Part shown: positions 50,973 to 60,339 of the stretch, in pieces
Layout: each line of letters starts with the position of its first letter
Numbering within the stretch: the first letter of the stretch is position 1
Assembly (NCBI GenBank): GCA_050331115.1
Contig: JBHJHD010000010.1
Span: 27,368-91,367 of the forward strand
Origin: Elainellaceae cyanobacterium
GTDB lineage: Bacteria > Cyanobacteriota > Cyanobacteriia > CAKZMO01
Reading direction: 5' to 3'
Length of the DNA: 64,000 nt
Notes under the pieces: generated by a model
Told to the model about the DNA's origin: nothing
The model's database searches: none
The model's input: the letters and a program-made list of their open reading frames with translations, nothing else
Program-made: the position numbers and the translations under genes

Positions 50973-51988
50973 GTAACCTGCCCATTCCCCCGCACTATAG
51001 ACCTGACCGGGTGGCCGAGGTGTGGCGCGTGCCCTACCAAGCGCGATCGCGCGAAGCCTACGCCTGGCGGGACCAGCACGGCATTGCGCCTGCCGCTGAA
51101 GATGCGCTGAGGATGGGGCTGCTGCTGATTGACGTGCAGAATACCTTTTGCATTCCCGGCTTCGAGCTGTTTGTGGGGGGGCGATCGGGGCAGGGCGCGG
51201 TGGACGACAATCGGCGACTGTGCGAATTCATCTACCGCAGCCTGGGCCATATCACCCAGATTTTGGCCACCCTGGATACCCACACCGCCGCGCAGATTTT
51301 CCACCCCGTGTTTTGGGTGAACCCTGAGGGCGAGCATCCCGCCCCCATGACCGCCATCTCAGCGGAGGACGTCGATCAGGGGCGGTGGCGCGTCAACCCC
51401 AAAATTGCTGCGGTGTCTCCTAGGGGCGCTGACTGGATGCAGAACTACGCCCGCCACTACGCCAAAGCGCTAGATCTAAACCACAAATATCCCTTAATCA
51501 TCTGGCCTTACCACGCCATGCTGGGGGGCATCAGCCACGCCCTAGTTTCGGCGGTAGAAGAAGCCTGCCTGTTTCATAGCTTTGCCCGCGGCAGCCCTAC
51601 CCACTTTGAGCAGAAAGGCCGCAATCCGTTGACCGAGAACTATTCGGTACTGCAGCCGGAGGTGCTTATGGACCAAAATGGAGAGGCGATCGCTTCTGAC
51701 AATACGGCGTTTCTCAATAGGCTGCTGGCCTTCGATCGGCTGATTATAGCAGGGCAGGCCCAGAGCCACTGCGTCGCCTGGACGGTGGATAATCTGCTGT
51801 CGGTGCTGCAGGCCCAGCGCCCTGAATTTGTGGAGCGGGTTTACTTACTAGAGGACTGCACCTCGCCTGTGGTAGCCCCAGGGATAGATTTTACAGATCA
51901 GGCCAGCAGCGCGTTTGAGCGGTTTGCGGCGGCGGGAATGCACTGCGTTAGGTCGACAGACCCCATAAAAGACTGGGCGGGTCTGTAG
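50969..51988 (+). CDS. Isochorismatase-family cysteine hydrolase (nicotinamidase PncA-like, long form)
   Basis: [12 protein letters not shown]-terminal motif of the isochorismatase/nicotinamidase family; 339 aa; 4-nt overlap with lipB. Confidence 0.6.
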   Translation: MSNLPIPPHYRPDRVAEVWRVPYQARSREAYAWRDQHGIAPAAEDALRMGLLLIDVQNTFCIPGFELFVGGRSGQGAVDDNRRLCEFIYRSLGHITQILATLDTHTAAQIFHPVFWVNPEGEHPAPMTAISAEDVDQGRWRVNPKIAAVSPRGADWMQNYARHYAKALDLNHKYPLIIWPYHAMLGGISHALVSAVEEACLFHSFARGSPTHFEQKGRNPLTENYSVLQPEVLMDQNGEAIASDNTAFLNRLLAFDRLIIAGQAQSHCVAWTVDNLLSVLQAQRPEFVERVYLLEDCTSPVVAPGIDFTDQASSAFERFAAAGMHCVRSTDPIKDWAGL

Positions 51989-52071
51989 AGAACGACTCTA
52001 GGCTGAATCTTGAAGTGAATGGAGCGGACGCGAAATACTCTTCTGCATCACGGCCTCTGCTAGAAGAAACA

Positions 52072-52093
52072 CCTCAGAGGCTACCCTCTGAGG
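52072..52093. terminator. Hairpin CCTCAGAGG-ctac-CCTCTGAGG between convergent pncA-like and RTX genes
   Basis: 9-bp perfect stem; weak T-rich tail (TGCTTAAGATTTAT) on the plus strand. Confidence 0.35.
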
Positions 52094-52156
52094 TGCTTAA
52101 GATTTATCGTATTGCTAGCATACCGCTAGGCGACCTATCTAAACGCTAGAGCGCTG

Positions 52157-53500
52157 CTACGAAGTAAAATTGCTCTGAAGGCTAAAGTCTCCTACCGCAA
52201 CGTTTTCAAGCTGCAGCACGATGTCGCCATTCACTGCGGCAAAGGCGTCTGTCGCATCAGCCCCCGTCCCCTGGGAGAAGGTCAGTTCATCGAAGCTCAC
52301 CCCCGATAGCGTAATCACATCGGCACCGATTTCGAAGTCACCGATGTAGGTGTACGCGTCGCTGCTTGCGAAGACTTCATCGTTGCCCTTACCGGTAACC
52401 ACGGTATTGAACCCGCTGCCGCCGTTGATGAGGTCATTGCCCGCACCAGTTTGAATATAGTCGTCGTCTCCCCCGGTAGCAATGACCTTATCTCCAGCTT
52501 TGGCTGGACTGATGGTGTAGATGACATTGGCACCATCGCCAGCTTTGACGTGGTCAACACCGAGGCCAAGACCAATTGAATCGGCACCTGCGCCTGCCGT
52601 AATGGTGTAGCTGCCGCCCTCAACCCAGACGGTGTTGTTACCCTCGCCTAGCTCGAGGACATTGTTTCCGCCGCCGCTAGCAATGGAGTAGATGAAGTCG
52701 TCGCCGTTGCCAGTACTGACGGTGTCGTTACCGCCGCCAATGCCGATGGTGTTGTTCCCCGAACTAGCCGTAACGGTATTGTCGCCGCCTGCGAGCCAAG
52801 CTTGGTCGTTGCCATCGCCTAAATTGATGACGTTCGCGCTGTCTGAGACGTCGCCAACAGAATAGACAAAATCGTCGCCGTCGCCTACCGTCACAGCGTC
52901 GTCACCATTACCGATCGCAATAGTGTTATGGCCACCCTCCAGCCAAACTGTGTTGTCGCCGTTTCCGAGGTCGATGACGTTCTGACTGCCAGAGACATTG
53001 CCAACGGAGTAAACGAAATCGTCGCCATTCCCTGTCGTTACGGTGTCGTTGCCGTAGCCGATGCCGATGCTGTTGTTCCCTAAACCAGCCGTAACGATGT
53101 TGTCGCCGCCTGCGAGCCAGGCTTGGTTGTTGCCGTCTCCTAAGTCGATGACATTAGTGCTGTCTGAAACCTTGCCAACAGAGTAGACAAAATCGTCGCC
53201 ATTCCCTGTCGTTACGATGTCGTCGCCGTTTCCGATCCCAATGGAGTCATTGCCGCTGCCAGTAATAATCGTATTGTGGCCACCCTCTAACCAAACTACG
53301 TTGTTGCCGTCACCTAAATCGATGGTGTTGATGCCGCTACCACCATCGATGGAGTAGGCAAAGTCGTCGCTAGCGCCTGTGGCAATAGACACATCGCCAA
53401 CAATACCGATGAATGCTGCTGGTGTAGTCGATTTTGAAGCTGTCATAGTTAAACTCAAGTTTGCTTGTTGTTTGAAGGACATAGGGCTTTTTGGCATCAA
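52157..53500 (-). CDS. RTX-type calcium-binding repeat protein (hemolysin-type repeats), probable T1SS substrate
   Basis: More than 4 near-identical blocks of about 55 aa rich in GxGNDxI/GDGDDF nonapeptides; no N-terminal signal peptide; hydrophobic/acidic C-terminus. Confidence 0.8.
   Translation of the reverse strand: MMPKSPMSFKQQANLSLTMTASKSTTPAAFIGIVGDVSIATGASDDFAYSIDGGSGINTIDLGDGNNVVWLEGGHNTIITGSGNDSIGIGNGDDIVTTGNGDDFVYSVGKVSDSTNVIDLGDGNNQAWLAGGDNIVTAGLGNNSIGIGYGNDTVTTGNGDDFVYSVGNVSGSQNVIDLGNGDNTVWLEGGHNTIAIGNGDDAVTVGDGDDFVYSVGDVSDSANVINLGDGNDQAWLAGGDNTVTASSGNNTIGIGGGNDTVSTGNGDDFIYSIASGGGNNVLELGEGNNTVWVEGGSYTITAGAGADSIGLGLGVDHVKAGDGANVIYTISPAKAGDKVIATGGDDDYIQTGAGNDLINGGSGFNTVVTGKGNDEVFASSDAYTYIGDFEIGADVITLSGVSFDELTFSQGTGADATDAFAAVNGDIVLQLENVAVGDFSLQSNFTS
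52540..53335. repeat. Tandem DNA repeats of about 165 bp inside the RTX gene
   Basis: Highly similar DNA blocks encode the repeated protein unit VIDLGDGNNQAWLAGGDNIVTAG...GNGDDFVYSVG; boundaries approximate. Confidence 0.55.
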
Positions 53501-53821
53501 ATTTCACCGCCGCTGTTCACTGCTGCGGCCTAGATCTGATGTGCTCGGTAAAATGCTTGAGTCGAATACTACTGCGTCGGCCCAGTTGCGCAAGCGTGAG
53601 GGGACGCAAGTATCCTGACGGTTAATTTGCTATAAGCCGCGGTCAAATCCCTGAAACGTCAAAGGCAGAAAGTATCTCTCCGCCTCGGCCCAAGACTATA
53701 GTGCGCATCACTGCGACTTCCTTATCATCTGAGACTGAACTTTGACGTACCTTTAAGCAAGTGTAGATATACCACTTGTCCTAATGCACTAGAACAGGTT
53801 CACGTCTTGTCATCTACGGTA

Positions 53822-53865
53822 TTGGCGCTTAGAACCGTACAGTCGGTTCTAAGCGGCAGTGCCAA
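53822..53865. promoter_or_regulatory. Palindrome CGCTTAGAACCG-tacagt-CGGTTCTAAGCG (12-bp perfect arms) with extended outer pairing, in the RTX/GST divergent region
   Basis: Exact inverted repeat read from the sequence; no U-tract on either strand; candidate dimeric-regulator operator. Confidence 0.3.
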
Positions 53866-54135
53866 CGCAACAATGCTCTAAAACGTGAGAAACCCCAGAG
53901 GTGACTCCACCTCTGGAAATTTTGGTAGTTATAGCAAATGTCCTGACTTGTTAAGGCATTTGCGCGCCCTGTCACCTGTAGCGCCCGCCATATCATTAGG
54001 TCAAGGAATCAAGAGGGAAGAGCAAGATGACAGCGGCCTAGCGCGAGGGGCTGCTGCTAGCCTCGTTCACAATTGACGTGTAGAATTTAATCCGACGCAG
54101 TACGCCAACACCAACCACAGCTGAGATCAATAGAT

Positions 54136-54765
54136 ATGGCCAATACAACCCTTTACGGCACGCCAGTTAGTACCTACGTTCGCACTGTCCGTTTGCTGCT
54201 AGCTGAAGCCAATGTAAATCATAAGGTTGTCGACGTCGGCATTTTCAATGGCGATAACGAGACCGATGAATATTTAAGTAAGCAGCCCTTTGGTAAAGTT
54301 CCCACCATTGAAATAGATGGAACCAAGATTTATGAAACTGCGGCCATCACCCACTACTTAAACCAGGCTGCAGGCGATAAGTACAGGCCCTCCGATCTAT
54401 TGGCGCAGGCCCGTATGTACCAGATCATTTCTATCATCGACAATTACCTCTACGGCAACGCTATCGGTACGATTGTTATTCAGCGGTTGATTATGCCTCA
54501 GCAGGGCAGTAAGCCCAACGAGCAGGCCGTCAAAGAGGCGATCGCCCCGACACAGAAAGCCTTAGAGGCGATCGAAGCGCTCTGTGTCGGGGCGCCTTTT
54601 CTCTTGGGTACGCTGATCACCCTCGCAGATTTTTATCTCGTTCCTATTTTTGTGTACCTTTCGAAGACTCCAGAGTTTGGCACCGTTACGACCCAGACCC
54701 CAAAACTAATGGCCTGGTGGCAGCAGGTCCAAGATTTGGAGAGTGTTAAGCAGGTTTGCGCATAG
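54136..54765 (+). CDS. Glutathione S-transferase
   Basis: N-terminal thioredoxin-like GST fold (LYGTPVSTYVRTVRLLL...KQPFGKVPTI) and a C-terminal helical domain. Confidence 0.8.
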   Translation: MANTTLYGTPVSTYVRTVRLLLAEANVNHKVVDVGIFNGDNETDEYLSKQPFGKVPTIEIDGTKIYETAAITHYLNQAAGDKYRPSDLLAQARMYQIISIIDNYLYGNAIGTIVIQRLIMPQQGSKPNEQAVKEAIAPTQKALEAIEALCVGAPFLLGTLITLADFYLVPIFVYLSKTPEFGTVTTQTPKLMAWWQQVQDLESVKQVCA

Positions 54766-54979
54766 GCCTTCAAATCCATCTACACTAGCGGGACCCAAGT
54801 ATCCTGAGTTCTGTTGGTCCCGGAGGATCACGGCCCGCATTACTGCTTTTGGTTGCATACACTAAACCAGACCCTAAAGCTAAGGCCTGATTTGAGGGAA
54901 CGCTACTGAAGATGATGGTTTGGCAATCGGAAAAATTCTAGCGCTTGAAATTTGGCTAGAATTCAGGTGACGTATCTTT

Positions 54980-55873
54980 TTGCCTATGTGGTCTCATATC
55001 ATCGCGCACATCAGTCGAGTTACGCAGCGCCCCTTTGTAGGAGAGCACCGTCGCCCGGTCGGCGGCGGCAGCGTCAATAGTGCCTACGTGCTCTCTGACG
55101 GTGACGTGGCTTACTTCATTAAATTCAATGAAGCCACCCGCGCCGCGATGTTTGAAGCCGAGGCCAGGGGCCTCAAAGAAATGGCGCAAACTGAGACCAT
55201 CCGAGTGCCCCAGCCCATCTGCTGGGGTACTGTAGAAGATTCTGTATATATCGTGCTGGAGTGGCTAGCTTTTGGCTACGGTACCCACGCTTCCTGGGAG
55301 GCAATGGGGCAAAACTTAGCGGCGATGCACCGGGTGACGCCCGCCGCTCGAAGACCAGATCTAGGCCAAGACTGCTTTGGCTGGGACCAGAACAATACGA
55401 TCGGCTTCATCCCGCAGCAAAACCCCTGGACCGACTCTTGGGCGACCTTCTTTCGCGATCATCGCATCGGCTATCAGCTCAAGCTAGCCCGCAAGCGCGG
55501 CGGTCATTTTTCGAAGCAGGAGGCCCTGCTCCTAGCAATTCCCGAGCTTCTAGCCGATCATCACCCAGCCCCCGCTTTGGTGCACGGCGATCTCTGGTCT
55601 GGGAACGCCGCCGTTACTGAGGCGGGCGAGCCGGTTATCTTTGACCCCGCGACCTACTACGGCGATCGCGAGGTGGATTTGGCGATGAGCTCCCTATTTG
55701 GCAGCTTCCCCAAGGAGTTTTACCGGGCCTACGAGGCGGCTTACCCTATTCCACCGGGCTACGAGCGCCGCAAGATCCTGTATAACCTCTATCACATCCT
55801 CAACCACTTCAATCAGTTCGGCGGTGGCTACCTGTCTCAGGCCAACAGCATGATCAATCAGCTTGTGGCGTGA
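54980..55873 (+). CDS. Fructosamine/ketosamine-3-kinase family protein
   Basis: PVGGGSVNSAYVLSDG nucleotide-binding region; HGDLWSGN catalytic motif; 297 aa. Confidence 0.85.
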   Translation: MPMWSHIIAHISRVTQRPFVGEHRRPVGGGSVNSAYVLSDGDVAYFIKFNEATRAAMFEAEARGLKEMAQTETIRVPQPICWGTVEDSVYIVLEWLAFGYGTHASWEAMGQNLAAMHRVTPAARRPDLGQDCFGWDQNNTIGFIPQQNPWTDSWATFFRDHRIGYQLKLARKRGGHFSKQEALLLAIPELLADHHPAPALVHGDLWSGNAAVTEAGEPVIFDPATYYGDREVDLAMSSLFGSFPKEFYRAYEAAYPIPPGYERRKILYNLYHILNHFNQFGGGYLSQANSMINQLVA

Positions 55874-56178
55874 TGGACGATTTAGATGCGCTGCGCCAGC
55901 GCTACCTAGAGCTCACCAATGAAACGCTGCCGGGTCTCGCTCAGCAGCGGCAGTTTCCTGTACGCTTCAATCACTGCTTTCAGCGCATCGTGCTCGATAA
56001 CCTATTCGGGCGGTGCTGGTATGAGGCGCTCAATCGCGAGGCGGGAGCGGCCTACAAGCAGCTGAGTGTGGCGCAGCTTCAAGATGCGATCGCGATCGCT
56101 CAGGCGATCGCGGAACAGCCCAATGGCTACATTCAGGATCTGAATCAGAATAGCTTGCGCTGGCGCGGTAAGGATTAA
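55870..56178 (+). CDS. Hypothetical protein, translationally coupled to the fructosamine kinase gene (ATGA overlap)
   Basis: 102-aa ORF, high-GC codon usage consistent with its neighbours; no domain recognised. Confidence 0.35.
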   Translation: MMDDLDALRQRYLELTNETLPGLAQQRQFPVRFNHCFQRIVLDNLFGRCWYEALNREAGAAYKQLSVAQLQDAIAIAQAIAEQPNGYIQDLNQNSLRWRGKD

Positions 56179-56184
56179 CCTTCA

Positions 56185-57792
56185 CTACTTTTTCTCAAAC
56201 TCGTAGATGTGGAAGTAGGTAAATTTTTTCTCAGACTGCAGACTGTAGCGATCGCTCAAAGCGTTTTCCACAGAGTATTTTAGAAGATATTTACGATTGA
56301 TTATCGTAATGACTTCCTGACTTCCATCTGTCATGAATGATAATACTTCAGATAAGTCGCTTGAATCGATCTTGTGTGCTGGAACTTTGACAGTTTTCAT
56401 ATCACCGTAATGCCGAAGCAGCTCAACGTCACCCCAAAGGAGTGCAGCTGCCGACTTAGAATTATCGGACCGCGTGACATATTCTGCAACAGAGCGATAA
56501 TCATCTCGGGCATGCGCAGGGTCAAAAAAGTAGTTTGTCAGTGAGTAGATATTAATGGCAATAAGCAACACTACCCCTAAACAGCCGAGATTCTTAGATA
56601 ACTTCTCCCAAAATTTTTCCGGCTTAGGATAACAAAATGATGATGGAATTAGGATTGCGATCGCCGGAAAAATGTGGGAAGAGTGCCTAGGAGCCCAATT
56701 AATGCTCGTGGCAACGGCGAAGCCCGCAGATATTAAAAAGGCAACTCCAATAAATGTAGAGAAGAAAAAATTTGCCCTATATATAGGGCACTTCATTTTA
56801 TCTTGGAGACTTCGTAATAAGTTTCCAGCCACGCCAAATAAGATTAAGCTTATTGATAGAAAAAGTAGAATAACATGAGGCCAATATTCAAATATTACTC
56901 TGATCTGGTCGTATCTAAGCTGGCTAATAGGTACTGAATAAGTTGTGCCAGCAAGCATGCCATAAACGACAAATAAGAAATTTTCTAGAATATGAGTACC
57001 ATACCAGGTTTTAAGATAGAGAGTAAAGTTAGAACTGTGTGAGGATGCTAGATACAGGAAAATACCCGGTAGTAAACAAAGTAAAAGTGGTAGCCAGAAT
57101 ACTGTCCACTGCTTTATGTTGCGCGCAGCAGATAGCAAATGAGATAAACAAACTGAGATAACGAATATAACTATAAAAAGACTGCTCAGACATCCCACCG
57201 CAGTCGTTACCCAAAAAAGTAGACTGGAAACAAGCCGGTTATTACTTTTTCCAAAAATTAAATTAGAAAATAAGTATAGCTCTAGAGCTGCTATAAACAT
57301 TATGAGCGCATAGGCTCTAGCTTCTTGACTATAATAAATATGAAATGAGCTAAAAGATATTACAATAGCAGTCCATAGCGCATGGTTTTTCCCATATATC
57401 TTCAGCGCTGTCAGCGTTGTGAAGAGTACTGATAGCGTACCAAAAACTGCAGAAAGTGATCTAATTACAGCATCTGAGTCACCAAGAATCTCCTTCCAAA
57501 AAAACAGGGCTACAAAATAGGCAGGCTGATATTTATCGTATTTTGTATAATTTAGATTACTGATAATAGCATTGAGGTCCTCACCATCAATTCTTGCCAA
57601 GCTTAAACCTTCGTCAAACCATAGACTATGATTTGTCATCATAGAAAAGCGCAGTAGTGCCGCAGCTACGATGACAGCTGTAATGACAAATTTTTTAGCT
57701 CCAGCATCTGAGATGCTTTCGATCTTAGCCATAAATTTTGATTCTTCTGAGCTCTGCTTAGTAAGCGCCAGATTTCTTGAGGACGACGCCAA
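56185..57792 (-). CDS. ArnT/PMT-like polytopic membrane glycosyltransferase (GT39/GT83-like)
   Basis: About 12 TM helices; N-terminal DE-containing loop (WFDEGLS) and a YSQEARAY-like segment as in the PMT_2/ArnT family; low-GC gene. Confidence 0.6.
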   Translation of the reverse strand: MASSSRNLALTKQSSEESKFMAKIESISDAGAKKFVITAVIVAAALLRFSMMTNHSLWFDEGLSLARIDGEDLNAIISNLNYTKYDKYQPAYFVALFFWKEILGDSDAVIRSLSAVFGTLSVLFTTLTALKIYGKNHALWTAIVISFSSFHIYYSQEARAYALIMFIAALELYLFSNLIFGKSNNRLVSSLLFWVTTAVGCLSSLFIVIFVISVCLSHLLSAARNIKQWTVFWLPLLLCLLPGIFLYLASSHSSNFTLYLKTWYGTHILENFLFVVYGMLAGTTYSVPISQLRYDQIRVIFEYWPHVILLFLSISLILFGVAGNLLRSLQDKMKCPIYRANFFFSTFIGVAFLISAGFAVATSINWAPRHSSHIFPAIAILIPSSFCYPKPEKFWEKLSKNLGCLGVVLLIAINIYSLTNYFFDPAHARDDYRSVAEYVTRSDNSKSAAALLWGDVELLRHYGDMKTVKVPAHKIDSSDLSEVLSFMTDGSQEVITIINRKYLLKYSVENALSDRYSLQSEKKFTYFHIYEFEKK

Positions 57793-59194
57793 CCGTCTTC
57801 AAAAGAATCTTGACGTCCAATAGTAAGGACCAGTTTTCAATGTAAGATAAATCAAGTCGATAAGCTTGCTCAAAATCAACAATATCGGAGCGGCCTGAAA
57901 TTTGCCACAAACCAGTAATGCCAGGCAAGACTTCTTGACGAATATGGTGATGGCGGGAGAACCTTTCGACATCCCGTAATGGGAACGGCCGGGGACCAAC
58001 TAGGCTCATTTCACCTACAATAACGTTTAGAATTTGGGGTAGCTCATCAAGGCTATACTGTCGTAATACTTTACCAACGCGAGTTATGCGAGGATCGTCT
58101 TTAATTTTAAATAGAACGCCGTCTTTATTCTCGTTATGTGATTCTAAATTCTCTTGTAGCTTGTCAGCATCGTGTACCATGGTGCGAAATTTCCAAACTT
58201 TGAAAGGATTACCGCACAAGCCGATGCGAGTTTGACGATAAAAGACTGGTCCTGGAGAGTCAACAACAATCAATAGAGAAATTATGAGATAGATGGGCGA
58301 TGCCAAAAGAACAATTAGACTGGCAAGTAAAAGATCAAATGTGCGCTTGAACCAAAATTCGAGGCCCGAAAGAACTGGGGGATGAAATGACATAGCAGGT
58401 GCATTACCGACCGTCGATAGTTCCGGCTCCCAAAAGTAAAGGCTCTGATCCGTAAGTAGTACATGTAGCGTAACGCCTTCAGCTTGAAATCGCTGACATA
58501 GAAAGAGACGGTTTTTAATCGCTTCCCAATGAACAAAAGCCTCGGTGACGTCTATATTGTGGAGCTTTGCAAACGTGTCATCGCGCTGCTCTAAATCAAG
58601 CACGTTTGCATCTGCAATGCTATTGATGCTGTAAGAGCCGGTCTCGATGATCGCTTGAGTGGCAGAATCTTGATGTTCAGGGCTAGCAATGACGAATGCA
58701 GGATAGCGGACCATACCCTGCTGTCGAGCCCAGACAGTAGCTTTGTCAAGGCCATACCTCAAAAGACAGGTTATGGAGGTAATAAACAGCCAGAACAGGG
58801 CGAAATGCGATCGCGACATAAATTGCCCAGGGGCATAAAAGAATTCAGTCATCATCAGCAAAATGACAACTAAAGTACTAGCTTTAAAGATGGCTCCGTA
58901 ATTACGTCTACTTTTACCACCTTTGTAAAGACCACGAGCAGCAAAAATACTACAGGTGAGTACAATAACAGGTAGAATAGCATGCCAATTCTGACCAAAA
59001 TTCAACAAGGAATCTAAATGAACGGTGAGGAACCCCGCAACATACCAGGCAGCTATAGCGCCAGATATATCGGACAGTAGTAGACCGAATATACGGAGCC
59101 ATCTCAGCCTTACACCTTTTTGCACATTGGTCGTTCGTATAGAGCGGCGAAGATCAAGCTTGGGCTGTTGATCAGCTGAAGAAACATTTGACAT
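57758..59194 (-). CDS. Polyprenyl-phosphate hexose-1-phosphate transferase (WbaP/bacterial sugar transferase family), initiating enzyme
   Basis: N-terminal TM bundle; C-terminal sugar-transferase domain (KFRTM...SLVGPRP...LPQ); 478 aa. Confidence 0.85.
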   Translation of the reverse strand: MSNVSSADQQPKLDLRRSIRTTNVQKGVRLRWLRIFGLLLSDISGAIAAWYVAGFLTVHLDSLLNFGQNWHAILPVIVLTCSIFAARGLYKGGKSRRNYGAIFKASTLVVILLMMTEFFYAPGQFMSRSHFALFWLFITSITCLLRYGLDKATVWARQQGMVRYPAFVIASPEHQDSATQAIIETGSYSINSIADANVLDLEQRDDTFAKLHNIDVTEAFVHWEAIKNRLFLCQRFQAEGVTLHVLLTDQSLYFWEPELSTVGNAPAMSFHPPVLSGLEFWFKRTFDLLLASLIVLLASPIYLIISLLIVVDSPGPVFYRQTRIGLCGNPFKVWKFRTMVHDADKLQENLESHNENKDGVLFKIKDDPRITRVGKVLRQYSLDELPQILNVIVGEMSLVGPRPFPLRDVERFSRHHHIRQEVLPGITGLWQISGRSDIVDFEQAYRLDLSYIENWSLLLDVKILLKTVGVVLKKSGAY

Positions 59195-59430
59195 AGTAAT
59201 ATAGATAATATGGGAGTACTCTTAGGTTATTGCAATTAAGCCAACATTAAGGCTATTTCATTCTACATTCCGCCAATTTTTTTAGGTCGCTTCAAAAGCC
59301 AAGTTTAGAATGAGATAGTTTTGAGTTAGCGCAAAAAGTCTTTTCTGAACAAGGGTAGAGACTATAAGACTACTGATGTGCGTACAGTCAAATGCTCTCA
59401 AACATTAAAGAAGAGAACAAGAGAATAAAA

Positions 59431-60219
59431 TTATCTTTTGGCCAAGTCGCCTTCTACCGAATTTTTAGTTGATCCTAAAAAGTATTGCTTCATTACTAAC
59501 CACACAAATATTAAATTTCCGGCAAGATACCTCTTCCAAAGTCTTCGAGGCTCCATAATCAACCGAAATAGCCACTCAAGGCCCAATTTTTGCATAATTA
59601 ATGGCGCCCGCTTCACCATCCCAGAAATAAGCTCAAAGCTTACACCTATGCCAATTGACATCGGTACTTCTAATTCTTGACAGTTATCATATATCCATTT
59701 CTCTTGTTTTGGCGCTCCTAAACCAACAAACAGTAGTTGAGGTTTTGCTTGTTGAAGTTTTGAGTTTATTAAATTTAGTTCTTCCTTATTAGATTCAAAT
59801 CCATAGGGGGGACAGTACGTACCTACAACCTGCAAACCAGAATACCTTTTTTGAAGAATGTCGGCTGCTGCTTCTGCCGCTCCAGGACGACCACCAAGTA
59901 AAAAAACTTTGAATCCCTGTTCTGCACTCACTTTGCACAGAGTTTCAAATAAATCAGTGCCATTTACCCGACCCTTTAAAGGAGTTCCTAAAAGTTTAGA
60001 CGCCCACAGTAAAGGGACACCATCAGGAACCGCCAAAAAAGATTTGTCATACACTTCGCGAAAGTGATCATCATTCTGAAGTAGCCAAATATGATGGGCA
60101 TTTGGTGTAACCACGTATTCTGGAACAGCTGAGTACTCGATATGATCACATATCTTCGAAACAGATTCGGCAAAAGAGACACTACTAACTCTGATACCGC
60201 ATAAAATAGAATAGTCCAT
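59431..60219 (-). CDS. WecB/TagA/CpsF-family glycosyltransferase (GT26)
   Basis: VTPNAHHIWL...AVPDGVPLLWASKLLG...GAPKQEKWI family signature. Confidence 0.8.
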   Translation of the reverse strand: MDYSILCGIRVSSVSFAESVSKICDHIEYSAVPEYVVTPNAHHIWLLQNDDHFREVYDKSFLAVPDGVPLLWASKLLGTPLKGRVNGTDLFETLCKVSAEQGFKVFLLGGRPGAAEAAADILQKRYSGLQVVGTYCPPYGFESNKEELNLINSKLQQAKPQLLFVGLGAPKQEKWIYDNCQELEVPMSIGIGVSFELISGMVKRAPLIMQKLGLEWLFRLIMEPRRLWKRYLAGNLIFVWLVMKQYFLGSTKNSVEGDLAKR

Positions 60220-60339
60220 TTATTTAAGCTCTCTGAATTATACTAAGACTTAATCTGATTCAGGCAAATATCCAGTATTATGTCATTGCTCTAAAAAGCG
60301 TTACGCAGAAAACTGAGTACACCTCGATTTCCCTAAAGG

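Noticed and set aside
50528-51337. 269-aa ORF antisense to lipB and the nicotinamidase-like gene
   Set aside because: R/P/G-rich, fully antisense to two conserved genes.
53596-54810. Shared motif GGGAC(G/C)CAAGTATCCTGA at about 53599-53616 and about 54789-54806 flanking the GST gene (a similar GGGACCCAAG also occurs in the 34350 terminator)
   Set aside because: Only about 15-16 nt of identity and two copies; it could be chance in 64 kb, and the second copy is better explained as part of a stem-loop (CGGGACC...GGTCCCG) after GST.
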